Positions 1 to 8,968 of a stretch of 64,000 bases of DNA are shown piece by piece (the stretch's first letter is position 1; each line of letters opens with the position of its first letter). The stretch is from Bryobacteraceae bacterium (lineage in GTDB: Bacteria > Acidobacteriota > Terriglobia > Bryobacterales > Bryobacteraceae): NCBI GenBank assembly GCA_035293845.1, contig DATGMB010000240.1:1476-65475 (forward strand), given 5' to 3'. The notes under the pieces are model-generated. The model made no database searches and was not told the DNA's origin. It worked only from the letters and a program-made list of their open reading frames with translations. Position numbers and translations under genes: made by a program.

Positions 1-94
1 CGCAGCGGTTCTGGCGACTCGCTCGTACGGAAACGTCGTTGCCGTACCTTGATCGCCGCAGCCTGCTAAGGATCGAATGTGATGGAATACAGAC

Positions 95-2530
95 ATGCTT
101 GCTGGGTTGCAAGACTTAGTCTACGCGGTTCGGCTCTGGCGTAAGTGGCCTGGGTTCGCCCTGGCCGCCGCCGCGACATTAGCACTCGGGATCGGCGTAA
201 ATACGGCGGTCTTCAGCATTATCGACGCAGTCCTGATTCATCGACTTCCCTTTGCCAACGGCGACCGCATTGTTCAGGTCATGCGACACTACTCGTCTGG
301 CCGCGTCGATAACTCACTCTCGATACCTGATTTCGTTGACTTGAAGCAGCAGATGAAGAGTTTCGCAAATATAGCAATTGTGGATTGCTGCCAAGCGAAG
401 CTTATGACCAACACGACCGAGACACAGCGCGTAGTAGTGGCCAAGATTTCACCCGACCTGCTTTCTCTGTTAGGCTTTAAACCACTTTTGGGTCGGAGCT
501 TTACAAGCGAAGAAGCCGAGCCAGGACAGGATACAGTCGCCATTTTGTCTGATCGTTTTTGGCATGAGGGCTTTGCGGGTAGACGTGACGTTGTGGGCCG
601 TTCCGTCATCCTTGATGGAATTGCATTCACGGTCGTCGGTATCCTGCCTCCCGAGTTTCTTCTCATGCCCCAGGCTGACATTCTCGTTCCGTTTACCCTG
701 AAAGAGTCGCGCTTCCGAAATGCACGCTCCTATTGGAATTTCAATGTTTACGCGGAGATCGCCCCGCGATCGTCGCTCGACCACGCGTTGGTTGAGATAA
801 GTGCTGTTGCAGCACGTTTGAGGGCGGCGTATCCGGACACTGACAGAGACCAAGACTATCTGTTGGTCCCTTTGCGGGACCGACTAGTTGGCAAGGTGCG
901 TCCTGCGCTCCTCCTGCTGATGACAGCGGTAGCAATTGTGTTGCTGATCGCGTGTGCAAATGTAAGTATCATGCTTCTGGCGCGAGCTTCGCCACGGCGG
1001 CGCGAGTTCGCGATCCGAGTCGCGCTCGGCGCATCCCGAGGCCGCATCGTCCAGCAACTGTCGATGGAGTGCTTTCTCCTTTCGTTCTTAGGTTTCAGTG
1101 GGGCTATAGCGGCAGCTCGAGGTTTCTTAAAAGTTTTGCTTGTCATCCTCCCTCCGAATCCGGCGCAGTCGCATGATATTGGCCTTAGCCTTCCGGTGCT
1201 CGCGTTCAGTGCGACGCTCGCAATAGGCGCTGCTATTTTAGCCGGCACTGGTCCTGCGTTCGAGGTCAGCATCGGAAATCTGGCAAGCTCGCTGACGGCT
1301 CGCATGTTGTCCGGAAGTGAGCGATGGCGATCGCGCGCGATACTTGTCTTTGGGGAATCCGCACTTGCCTTGATACTAACGGTGGTTGCAGGGTTGGTTC
1401 TGAAGAGCTTCCTTCAGGTGACGCGCCACAATCTCGGCTACGCCACCAAGGGGGTCCTCACCTGTGGCGTATCCGTGGACCGAGCTCATAGATCATTGGA
1501 GGCGGCCACACTTTTGTTCCGGCAAATTCGCGAAGGCTTATCAGAATTGGCCGGCGTGGAGGCGGTGGGGGCCGGGTCCAACGTGCCCACTGAACAAGGC
1601 GGTACCATAAGCTTCACCGTAGCGGGTCGGCCAGTTCCACCGAGCTCCGCCGCGGCACCTGCCGCATTGTGGCGATTCGTCACGCCGGGTTACTTCGAAG
1701 CCCTCGGCCTCCGACTTGTTGGCGGCCGGGTGTTCTCGGAGAGAGATGCTGGTACATCGGAACCGGTGGTGATCATTAATCAAGCATTCGCCAGTAAGTA
1801 TTTTCCTAACGCAAATGCAATCGGACAGCATCTACACCTCGGCGCATCGTTCGACGCGAGTGTGGGCGATATTGGTGAGCGAGAAATTATCGGGATCATT
1901 GCGAACGCCCTTCTCGTATCGCCGTACGAGCCAGACCGGCCAACGCTATATATACCTTTAGCGCAGATCCCGCCAAGCATATCCACTCAGGTGGGCGGTC
2001 TCAATATATTTGTACGCGCATCCGACATTGCAAATCTGAGAAACACAATCAATGGAAGGCTACGTCGTATCGACGCCGGACTATCGATATCGCACGTCCG
2101 CACGGCAGAGGAGTTGCTGGCCGATTACATCACGCCACAGAGGTCTAATCTAATTCTCCTAAGCTCCTTCGCTGGCATCAGCTTATTGCTAGCCGCAATT
2201 GGCATCTACGGGGTCGTCTCGTATTCTGTTGAGGCGCGTCGCTCTGAAATCGGAATTCGGCTTGCTCTTGGCGCTCAGCGGCGCGAAATCGTACGCCTCA
2301 TCCTTTGGCGCGGGATGAAACCGGTAGCGGCTGGCATTATGATCGGCGTTGTGATCGTTCTGCTTATCGGTCGGTCTGTTCAGAGCTTTTTTTACGGTGT
2401 TAGCCCGATCGACCTCCAGACAATTGTAATCGCCAGTCTGCTTTTCATGGGAGTTGCGCTCACGGCCAACCTCCTTCCCACATTGCGCGCGCTCAAAGTC
2501 GATCCCGCACACGTTTTACGGAGCGAGTAG
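95..2530 (+). CDS. ABC transporter permease, MacB/FtsX family, duplicated ADOP-like architecture (811 aa)
   Basis: The ORF is full length. The N-terminus QDLVYAVRLWRKWPGFALAAAATLALGIGVNTAVFS is the typical MacB-like permease start. Two FtsX-type 4-TM modules lie around aa 270-400 and 690-811. The GC content is visibly lower than in the rest of the window. Confidence 0.85.
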   Translation: MLAGLQDLVYAVRLWRKWPGFALAAAATLALGIGVNTAVFSIIDAVLIHRLPFANGDRIVQVMRHYSSGRVDNSLSIPDFVDLKQQMKSFANIAIVDCCQAKLMTNTTETQRVVVAKISPDLLSLLGFKPLLGRSFTSEEAEPGQDTVAILSDRFWHEGFAGRRDVVGRSVILDGIAFTVVGILPPEFLLMPQADILVPFTLKESRFRNARSYWNFNVYAEIAPRSSLDHALVEISAVAARLRAAYPDTDRDQDYLLVPLRDRLVGKVRPALLLLMTAVAIVLLIACANVSIMLLARASPRRREFAIRVALGASRGRIVQQLSMECFLLSFLGFSGAIAAARGFLKVLLVILPPNPAQSHDIGLSLPVLAFSATLAIGAAILAGTGPAFEVSIGNLASSLTARMLSGSERWRSRAILVFGESALALILTVVAGLVLKSFLQVTRHNLGYATKGVLTCGVSVDRAHRSLEAATLLFRQIREGLSELAGVEAVGAGSNVPTEQGGTISFTVAGRPVPPSSAAAPAALWRFVTPGYFEALGLRLVGGRVFSERDAGTSEPVVIINQAFASKYFPNANAIGQHLHLGASFDASVGDIGEREIIGIIANALLVSPYEPDRPTLYIPLAQIPPSISTQVGGLNIFVRASDIANLRNTINGRLRRIDAGLSISHVRTAEELLADYITPQRSNLILLSSFAGISLLLAAIGIYGVVSYSVEARRSEIGIRLALGAQRREIVRLILWRGMKPVAAGIMIGVVIVLLIGRSVQSFFYGVSPIDLQTIVIASLLFMGVALTANLLPTLRALKVDPAHVLRSE

Positions 2531-2538
2531 CTAAATGT

Positions 2539-2958
2539 GTGTTCGGTGGAACCGTCTGGGAGCTTACTTCGAGGTCAGACTTTACGCGCGTCGCCTCGCC
2601 ATTCTCGGAAGCAGCCCAGGTTCACGTTTGGCTCCATGACTGTCGGACTCAATTTGAGAAACTTGCCGCCGCTAGAGGGGAAGAATCGTGGCGCGCTACA
2701 GTCTACGGACCGCGGAAGTTCGAGGATATGGACCGTGATGATCGTGTCCGGGCTTGCTACCAGCACTGTGCTCTGAAGTGGGTCATGTCGGAACGCATGA
2801 CAAATCAGACTCTACGCGAACGGTTTCGGCTCCCAGAGAGCAAGAGCGCGATTGTCTCTCAGGTGATCGGAGCGGCGATCGACTCGGGACTGGTCAAGCC
2901 GGACGAAGCCGTTGGGGGCTCACGAAAGTATGCTCGCTATTTGCCGTTTTGGGCCTGA
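2539..2958 (+). pseudogene. C-terminal remnant of a RecG-like ATP-binding/HTH regulator (AlbA_2/HATPase_c_4 family), N-terminal domains missing
   Basis: This GTG-initiated 139-aa ORF begins 8 nt after the permease stop. Only the tail (...RACYQHCALKWVMSERMTNQTLRERFRLPESKSAIVSQVIGAAIDSGLVKPDE...KYARYLPFWA) looks like the winged-helix C-terminus of ~450-500-aa proteins of that family. The family was recalled from memory and not searched. Confidence 0.4.
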
Positions 2959-3124
2959 GGGGTTCATTTAAGCTAAAGAGTCTTGACAACACCTCCCCGG
3001 GCGTAAGCACTTGAAAGTCAATAGCTTCTTATTTAAGCTCGTCCTTCGCGGTTCCCCACCGAGGGCGTAAGGTGCGATTCCGGGCAGGATGGCGCGATCG
3101 GCACACGGCAGCGTAGCTCCAGGC

Positions 3125-4096
3125 TCAGTACCGCCACAGCCAGCGGGCTTTCTCCAGCACCTTCTCCACATTCGGCAGGAAGGCCTCTTCGAGCGGCGGG
3201 CTGTAGGGCACGGGCGTATCGGGCGCGGTAACGCGGAGAATCGGCCCGTCCAGGTATTCGAAGACCGTCTCGGTGATGCTCACCGCCAGCTCGCCCGCCA
3301 GGCCCGCGGTGCGGGTGTCCTCGTGGACCAGCAGCACCTTCGAGGTCTTTTTGACGCTCTCGCAGACGGTTTCGCGATCGAGCGGCAGCAGCGTGCGCAG
3401 ATCGACCACCTCGGCCGAGGCGCCTTCCGCAGCCAGCCGTTCGGCGGCTTCGAGGGCAGTCCAGACCATGGCGCCGTAGGCCACGATGGTCAGGTCTTTG
3501 CCTTCCCGGACGACCTTGGCCTTGCCGATGGGCACGGTGTAATCGGCGGCAGGAAGGTCCTCCTTGATCTTGCGGTAGAGGCCCTTGTGCTCGAAGAAGA
3601 TGACGGGGTCGTTGTCGCGAATTGCGGCCTTGATGAGGCCTTTGGCATCGTAGGCCGTCGCCGGCGCGACGACCTTCAGGCCGGGCGTCTTGACGAACCA
3701 CATTTCCGGGTTCTGGGAATGGAACGGGCCGCCGTGGATACCGCCGCCCGAGGGAGCGCGGATCACGATCGGCACGGGCGCGTCCCAGCGGTAGCGGCAT
3801 TTGGCGGCGAAATTCACAATCTGGTCGAAACCGCAGGAAATAAAATCGGCGAATTGCATTTCGGCGACCGGCCGAAGGCCGAGAAACGACGCGCCGATGG
3901 CGGCCCCCACAATGGCGGCCTCGGAAATGGGCGTATCGACGACGCGCTTTTCGCCGAAGCGCTCGAGGAAGCCGGCGGTCACCTTGAAGGCGCCGCCATA
4001 AACGCCGATGTCCTCGCCGATGCAGAACACGGCGGGGTCGCGTTCCATTTCTTCCCAAAGTCCTTCACGGATGGCTTCGAGATAGGTGGTGGGCAT
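3125..4096 (-). CDS. 2-oxoacid (pyruvate/acetoin/branched-chain) dehydrogenase E1 component, beta subunit
   Basis: The 323-aa product reads MPTTYLEAIREGLWEEMERDPAVFCIGEDIGVYGGAFKVT...VVDTPISEAAIVGAAIGA, a transketolase-like pyrimidine-binding plus C-terminal domain pattern. It lies 3 nt downstream of the alpha subunit gene. Confidence 0.9.
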   Translation of the reverse strand: MPTTYLEAIREGLWEEMERDPAVFCIGEDIGVYGGAFKVTAGFLERFGEKRVVDTPISEAAIVGAAIGASFLGLRPVAEMQFADFISCGFDQIVNFAAKCRYRWDAPVPIVIRAPSGGGIHGGPFHSQNPEMWFVKTPGLKVVAPATAYDAKGLIKAAIRDNDPVIFFEHKGLYRKIKEDLPAADYTVPIGKAKVVREGKDLTIVAYGAMVWTALEAAERLAAEGASAEVVDLRTLLPLDRETVCESVKKTSKVLLVHEDTRTAGLAGELAVSITETVFEYLDGPILRVTAPDTPVPYSPPLEEAFLPNVEKVLEKARWLWRY

Positions 4097-4099
4097 GGG

Positions 4100-5110
4100 C
4101 TACTCGGTTCCGTACACGCCTTCAGTCAACGTGGCCGGATCGGGAAACGGGCATTTTTCCGCCCAGGCGACGGCATCGTCAATCTCGCGCAGGATTTCGG
4201 CGCGCGCGGCGTCGAGCTGACCGCGCCCGGCCCAGCCGTTTTCGATCATGCGCTGTTCGAGGCGCACGATGGGGTCGAGCTTGCCCCATTCCTCGAACAG
4301 TTCCGACGGCACGTAGTGCGCGGCGTCATGCGCGGAGTGGCCGGTCATGCGGAAGGTCTTGCACTCGAGCAGGTACGGGCCGAGACCGGCGCGGGCGTGC
4401 GCGACGGCGCGGCCGGCGGCCTGGTAGACGGCAAAAACGTCATTGCCATCGACAATCTCCGCGGGGATGCCGTAGGCCGGGCCCTTATCGGCGATGTGGG
4501 CGCAGGCCATCTGCTGCGATAGCGGCGTCGAATAGGCGTACTGATTGTTGTTGCAAATGAACACCACGGGCAGCTTCTGGACGGCCGCGAAGTTGACGCC
4601 CTCATGCCAATCGCCGCGGCTGGTGGCGCCGTCGCCGAAGTAGGAGAAGCAGACGCCGTCAATGCCCTTATAGCGCATGGCCAGCGCCGTGCCCGCCGCG
4701 ACGGGGACGGTGGCGGCGAGCGCGCTGATGATGGAGACCAGGCCGAGCTGCAGGTCGCCCATGTGCATGTTGCCATCGCGGCCGCGCGTGGGGCCGGCGG
4801 CGCGGCCCATGTACTGCGCGAAGATCTGGCGGGGCGTCATGCCGCGGATGAGCATCACCGCCATATCGCGGTGGGACGGGAACAGCACATCCTGGGGCTC
4901 CGAATGGAGCGCCGTGCCGACCGGGATGGCTTCCTGGCCGCGGCCCACGTAAACGCCGCCGACGATCTTGCCCTGCCGGTAAAGCTTGCGTTCGATGCGG
5001 TCCTCGATTTCCCGCATCAGGACCATGTAGTGCAGAAAGCGGCCCGCCAGGGCGGCTTCGCTGCCGGAATGGGTCTCTTGGTGCGGAGAGATAGCCTGTG
5101 CGATGCCCAT
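4100..5110 (-). CDS. 2-oxoacid dehydrogenase E1 component, alpha subunit (TPP-dependent)
   Basis: The 336-aa product carries the TPP-binding motif region YFGDGATSRGDWHEGVNFAAV...ICNNNQYA. It is paired with the beta subunit gene. Confidence 0.9.
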   Translation of the reverse strand: MGIAQAISPHQETHSGSEAALAGRFLHYMVLMREIEDRIERKLYRQGKIVGGVYVGRGQEAIPVGTALHSEPQDVLFPSHRDMAVMLIRGMTPRQIFAQYMGRAAGPTRGRDGNMHMGDLQLGLVSIISALAATVPVAAGTALAMRYKGIDGVCFSYFGDGATSRGDWHEGVNFAAVQKLPVVFICNNNQYAYSTPLSQQMACAHIADKGPAYGIPAEIVDGNDVFAVYQAAGRAVAHARAGLGPYLLECKTFRMTGHSAHDAAHYVPSELFEEWGKLDPIVRLEQRMIENGWAGRGQLDAARAEILREIDDAVAWAEKCPFPDPATLTEGVYGTE

Positions 5111-5295
5111 TTTTTGTGGATACCCCGGTTAGTATAGCGCGTTAGTACCGCCTGGCATGGGCGGCGTGCCGGATCGGGCGCCAGGGCTGCGGGTCGGATG
5201 CAGGGCGGGCGCGCGGTCCCGTTCCGCACAAAACGGCCTCCCGCCTGGCCCCTCACGCCGGCTGCCCGCCATTACCCTGAAGTAAGGAGGGAGCG

Positions 5296-7161
5296 GTGCA
5301 CGCACAGCATGGCTACCCGCGCCCGCAACTGGAGCGGCCGGAGTGGTTCAGCCTGGATGGAGAGTGGGAATTTGCGCTGGATCCGGAGGCGGTCTGGAAA
5401 ACGCCCGGCGAACCGGACTGGAACGCACGCATTCGCGTTCCGTTCGCCCCTGAGACACCCGCCAGCGGCGTCGGGAACACGGGATTTTACCGGGCCTGCT
5501 GGTACCGGCGGCAATTCGATGCGCCCCGTTTGCGGGCGGGCGAGCGGCTGGTGCTGCATCTGTGCGCCGTGGATTCCTGCGCGACGGTGTGGGTCAACGG
5601 CCATCTGGCAGCGACACACCGCGGCGGGTACACCCCGTTCTCCGCGGAGATCACGGAGCACCTGAATGCGGGCGGGCCCCAGACCGTGGTGGTGCGCGCC
5701 TATGACGATCCCGCCGACCTGGCGAAACCGCGCGGCAAGCAGGACTGGCAGCTTCATCCCCACTCGATCTGGTATTACCGGACCACCGGCATCTGGCAGA
5801 GCGTCTGGATGGAGCGGCTGCCGGAGACGGCGCTCGGCCAGGTGCGCTGGACGCCGAACGTCGAGCGCTGGGAGGTCGGCTTCGAGGCCTGGTTGAGCGG
5901 CAAACGGCGCGACGACCTGCGGCTCAACGTGAAGCTCTATGCGGGCGACGACCTGCTGGCGGACGATACCTACGCCGTGGTCGCCCACGAGGTGCACCGG
6001 CGAATCGCGCTCTCCGACCCCGGCATCGACGATTACCGCAACGAGCTGCTGTGGAGCCCCGAAACACCGAACCTGATCTACGCCGAGCTGCGGCTCAGCG
6101 ATGAGCGCGGGCAACTGCTCGATACCGCGCGCAGCTACACGGCGCTGCGCGCGATCGGCGCGCAGGGCGACAAGTTCGTGCTGAACGGGCGGCCCTACCA
6201 GTTGCGGATGGTGCTCGACCAGGGCTATTGGCCGGAGACCGGACTCACCGCGCCGGATGACGATGCCTACCGGCGCGACGTGGAGCTGGCCAAGGCGATG
6301 GGCTTCAACGGCGTGCGCAAGCATCAGAAGATCGAAAGCCCGCGCTACCTGTACTGGGCGGATACGCTGGGGCTGGTGGTGTGGGAGGAGATGCCGAGCG
6401 CGTACCGCTTCACGCGGCAATCGATCGAGCAGGTGACGCGCGAATGGACGGAAGCCCTGGCCCGCGATTCGAGCCACCCGTGCATCGTTGCCTGGGTGCC
6501 CTTCAACGAATCGTGGGGCGTGCCGGACCTGCCCGATAGCCCGGCGCAGCGCCACTACGTGCAGGCGCTCTATCACCTCACCAAGACGCTCGACCCTTCG
6601 CGGCCGGTGATCGGCAACGACGGGTGGGAGAGCGTGGCGACGGACATTATCGGGATTCACGACTACGACGACCAGCCGGAGCGGCTCGCGAAGCGGTACG
6701 TGGTGGAAGAGATTCCGCGGCTGTTCAAGCGCGAGCGTCCGGGAGGCCGGCTGCTGATGCTGCAGGGCGAAGCGCTCGAGCAGCCCATCATGCTGACGGA
6801 GTTCGGCGGCATCGCGTTTTCGCGCGATGCGGCGCATACCTGGGGCTACTCGCGGTCCGATACGGAAGAGGATTTCGGCCGCCGGTATCTGGAGCTGCTG
6901 AAGGTGGTGCGCGCGCTGCCCATGCTGGCCGGCTTCTGCTACACGCAGTTCGCCGATACGTACCAGGAAGCCAACGGACTACTCTATGCCGATCGCACGC
7001 CCAAGTTCGCGATCGAGCACATCGCGCTGGCGACCCGCGGGCCGCGCACGCAGCGCGATTTTCAGATCGTCTGGGAGTGGCGCGAGCGCCTGATGAACCA
7101 ACAGCGGCAGCAGTACGTGATTCCCAGCGAGGACCACCACACGGCGCATGACCCGCGATAA
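5296..7161 (+). CDS. Glycoside hydrolase family 2-like (beta-galactosidase/glucuronidase/mannosidase class)
   Basis: The GTG start is preceded by AAGGAGGGA. The N-terminus YPRPQLERPEWFSLDGEWEF is followed by a sugar-binding beta-sandwich and then a TIM barrel with WVPFNESWG (acid/base) and IMLTEFGG (nucleophile) motifs. Confidence 0.8.
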   Translation: MHAQHGYPRPQLERPEWFSLDGEWEFALDPEAVWKTPGEPDWNARIRVPFAPETPASGVGNTGFYRACWYRRQFDAPRLRAGERLVLHLCAVDSCATVWVNGHLAATHRGGYTPFSAEITEHLNAGGPQTVVVRAYDDPADLAKPRGKQDWQLHPHSIWYYRTTGIWQSVWMERLPETALGQVRWTPNVERWEVGFEAWLSGKRRDDLRLNVKLYAGDDLLADDTYAVVAHEVHRRIALSDPGIDDYRNELLWSPETPNLIYAELRLSDERGQLLDTARSYTALRAIGAQGDKFVLNGRPYQLRMVLDQGYWPETGLTAPDDDAYRRDVELAKAMGFNGVRKHQKIESPRYLYWADTLGLVVWEEMPSAYRFTRQSIEQVTREWTEALARDSSHPCIVAWVPFNESWGVPDLPDSPAQRHYVQALYHLTKTLDPSRPVIGNDGWESVATDIIGIHDYDDQPERLAKRYVVEEIPRLFKRERPGGRLLMLQGEALEQPIMLTEFGGIAFSRDAAHTWGYSRSDTEEDFGRRYLELLKVVRALPMLAGFCYTQFADTYQEANGLLYADRTPKFAIEHIALATRGPRTQRDFQIVWEWRERLMNQQRQQYVIPSEDHHTAHDPR

Positions 7162-8332
7162 GCCAGGCGGCGCCGGCCGGCTGGAAGAGCCGCCCCGCGA
7201 AAGGCTCTTCCGGTCGTTTTGGATGGCCGGCTTCGAGTGCTCCTGCCAGATCAACGCGGCCGGCACGCGGCTCGATATGACGGCGGCTCTGCAGCACGAC
7301 GTGTACGCCGCCGAGGACTACCGGCGGATTCGCGAGCTCGGCATGGAGGTGGCGCGCGACGGCCTGCGCTGGCACCGGATCGACCGCGCCGGGCGGTACG
7401 ACTGGTCCTCCTGGCTCCCGATGCTGGACGCGGCCGGCGAGGCCGGCGTGCAGGTGATCTGGGACCTGTGCCACTACGGCTGGCCGGACGATCTCGACAT
7501 CTTCTCCGGCGCGTTTCTGGAGCGGTTCGCAGCCTATGCCGCGGCGGCGGCGCGGGTGCATGTGGAGCGCACCGGCAATCCGGGCTTCTGGACGCCGGTG
7601 AATGAGATCAATTTCTTCACGTGGGCGGCGACCCGCGACCTGATGTTCCCGTATGCGCACGGGCGCGACGGCGAGCTGAAGCGGCAGCTCGTGCGCGCGG
7701 CGATCGCGGCGGTGCGGGCGGTGCGGGCGGAAGCTCCGGGCGCGCGCTTCGTGTTTCCGGAGCCGCTGATCCACAACGTGCCGCCGCGGTGGCGGCCGTG
7801 GGACAAGGCGCCGTCGCAGATGCAGCGCGCGAGCCAGTTCGAAGCGTGGGACATGATTGCCGGGCGCGTCGAGCCGGAGCTGGGCGGAGCGGAGGAGCAT
7901 CTGGATATCGTAGGGGTCAACTTCTACGCCGCCAATCAGTGGGAGGTGCCCGGCGGGCGGAAGCTGCACTGGGACAACGGTTCGAACGATCCGCGCTGGG
8001 TGCCGCTCCACCGTCTGCTGGCCGAGGTGGCGGAGCGCTACCGCCGTCCGCTGTTTCTGGCCGAGACGAGCCATTACGGCATCGGGCGAGCCGACTGGCT
8101 GAACGAGATCGCGCGCGAATGCCGCAAAACGGTGGACGCCGGCGTGCCGCTCCACGGCGCGTGCCTGTACCCGATCCTCGACCGCTTCGACTGGGAGGAC
8201 CGGACGCACTGGCACAACAGCGGGCTGTGGGACATGGTGCCGAACGGCCGCGGCCACTACCGGCGCGTGCTGAACGAGGAGTATGCGGCGGCGCTGCGGC
8301 GGGCGCAGGAACTCCTTGGGGTTGGGGATTAG
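7148..8332 (+). CDS. Clan GH-A glycoside hydrolase, GH1-like
   Basis: The product has FWMAGFECSCQ..., TPVNEINFF (acid/base-like NE) and LFLAETSHYG (nucleophile-like E). It overlaps the GH2 gene by 14 nt. Its TAG stop lies inside the G-rich heptamer repeat. Confidence 0.6.
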   Translation: MTRDKPGGAGRLEEPPRERLFRSFWMAGFECSCQINAAGTRLDMTAALQHDVYAAEDYRRIRELGMEVARDGLRWHRIDRAGRYDWSSWLPMLDAAGEAGVQVIWDLCHYGWPDDLDIFSGAFLERFAAYAAAAARVHVERTGNPGFWTPVNEINFFTWAATRDLMFPYAHGRDGELKRQLVRAAIAAVRAVRAEAPGARFVFPEPLIHNVPPRWRPWDKAPSQMQRASQFEAWDMIAGRVEPELGGAEEHLDIVGVNFYAANQWEVPGGRKLHWDNGSNDPRWVPLHRLLAEVAERYRRPLFLAETSHYGIGRADWLNEIARECRKTVDAGVPLHGACLYPILDRFDWEDRTHWHNSGLWDMVPNGRGHYRRVLNEEYAAALRRAQELLGVGD

Positions 8333-8350
8333 GGATTGGGGATTGGGGAG
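8317..8350 (+). repeat. G-rich heptamer array GGGGTT-GGGGATT-AGGGATT-GGGGATT-GGGGAG (G-quadruplex-capable), family copy 1
   Basis: Read directly as tggggttggggattagggattggggattggggag. The 19-mer TAGGGATTGGGGATTGGGG (8330-8348) recurs as a reverse complement at 63104-63122. Confidence 0.85.
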
Positions 8351-8368
8351 CCGCGCGAGCGGTAGAAT

Positions 8369-8890
8369 TTGGGCATGCCGCACCAGTTCACCACTTCGTA
8401 TCTCGAGGATTCGCTGGCGATGTTCCGGCAATACAAGCAACAGGCCGAGCGCGCCATGGCGCAGGTCTCCGACGGGCAACTCTTTGCAGTTCTCGACGGG
8501 GAGGCGAATTCGATCGCGCTGATCGTCAAGCACATGGCCGGAAACATGCGGTCGCGGTGGACGGATTTTCTGACCACGGACGGTGAAAAGCCGGACCGCA
8601 ACCGCGACAGCGAATTCGAAGAGCCGCCGGCGACGCGCGAGGAAATGATGCGGCTGTGGGAGGACGGCTGGCGGCGGGTATTCGCGGCGATCGAGCCGCT
8701 GACGGAAGCGGACCTGGCACGCACGGTGACGATCCGCGGCGAGCCGCACTCGGTGATGCAGGCGATCCAGCGGCAGATCGCGCACTATGCCATGCACATC
8801 GGGCAGATCGTTCTGCTGGCGAAGCATTTCGCGGGCGCGGAGTGGAAGACGCTGACGATTCCGAAGAGGAAGGCAGGAGCCAGGAGTTAG
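8369..8890 (+). CDS. DinB-superfamily protein (DUF1572-like)
   Basis: The 173-aa product reads ...NSIALIVKHMAGNMRSRWTDFLTTDGEKPDRNRDSEFE...HYAMHIGQIVLLAKH, a four-helix-bundle DinB-like pattern. The start could be ATG 8375. The last codons and the TAG stop (8888-8890) are encoded by the AGGAG heptamer repeat. Confidence 0.7.
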   Translation: MGMPHQFTTSYLEDSLAMFRQYKQQAERAMAQVSDGQLFAVLDGEANSIALIVKHMAGNMRSRWTDFLTTDGEKPDRNRDSEFEEPPATREEMMRLWEDGWRRVFAAIEPLTEADLARTVTIRGEPHSVMQAIQRQIAHYAMHIGQIVLLAKHFAGAEWKTLTIPKRKAGARS

Positions 8891-8968
8891 GAGACAGGAG
8901 TCAGGAGTCAGGAGTCGGAATGCGGGGCGCGCCTCCAGGCTTGTGAGCTCCTGTCTCCTTCCTCCTAT
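8867..8968. repeat. AGGAG-heptamer / CTCCT inverted-repeat hairpin (family locus A), likely bidirectional terminator
   Basis: The left arm is gaggaaggcaggagccaggagttaggagacaggagtcaggagtcaggagtc and the right arm is gagctcctgtctccttcctcctata. A perfect 12-bp stem forms between aggagacaggag (8889-8900) and ctcctgtctcct (8948-8959). The element sits between convergent genes. Confidence 0.8.

Noticed and set aside
8317-8350. A resemblance of the GGGGTT/TTAGGG units to eukaryotic telomere repeats.
   Set aside because: The array is short and internal, occurs twice in a bacterial chromosomal context, and starts at stop codons. The similarity is a consequence of G-tract heptamers, not evidence of telomeric function or contamination.
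8867-8916. The heptamer arrays as a CRISPR array or a minisatellite-encoded peptide repeat.
   Set aside because: The units are 7 nt with no spacers and no cas genes in the window. The arrays are only 4-7 units long and are paired with a complementary arm, which fits hairpin-type intergenic repeats.
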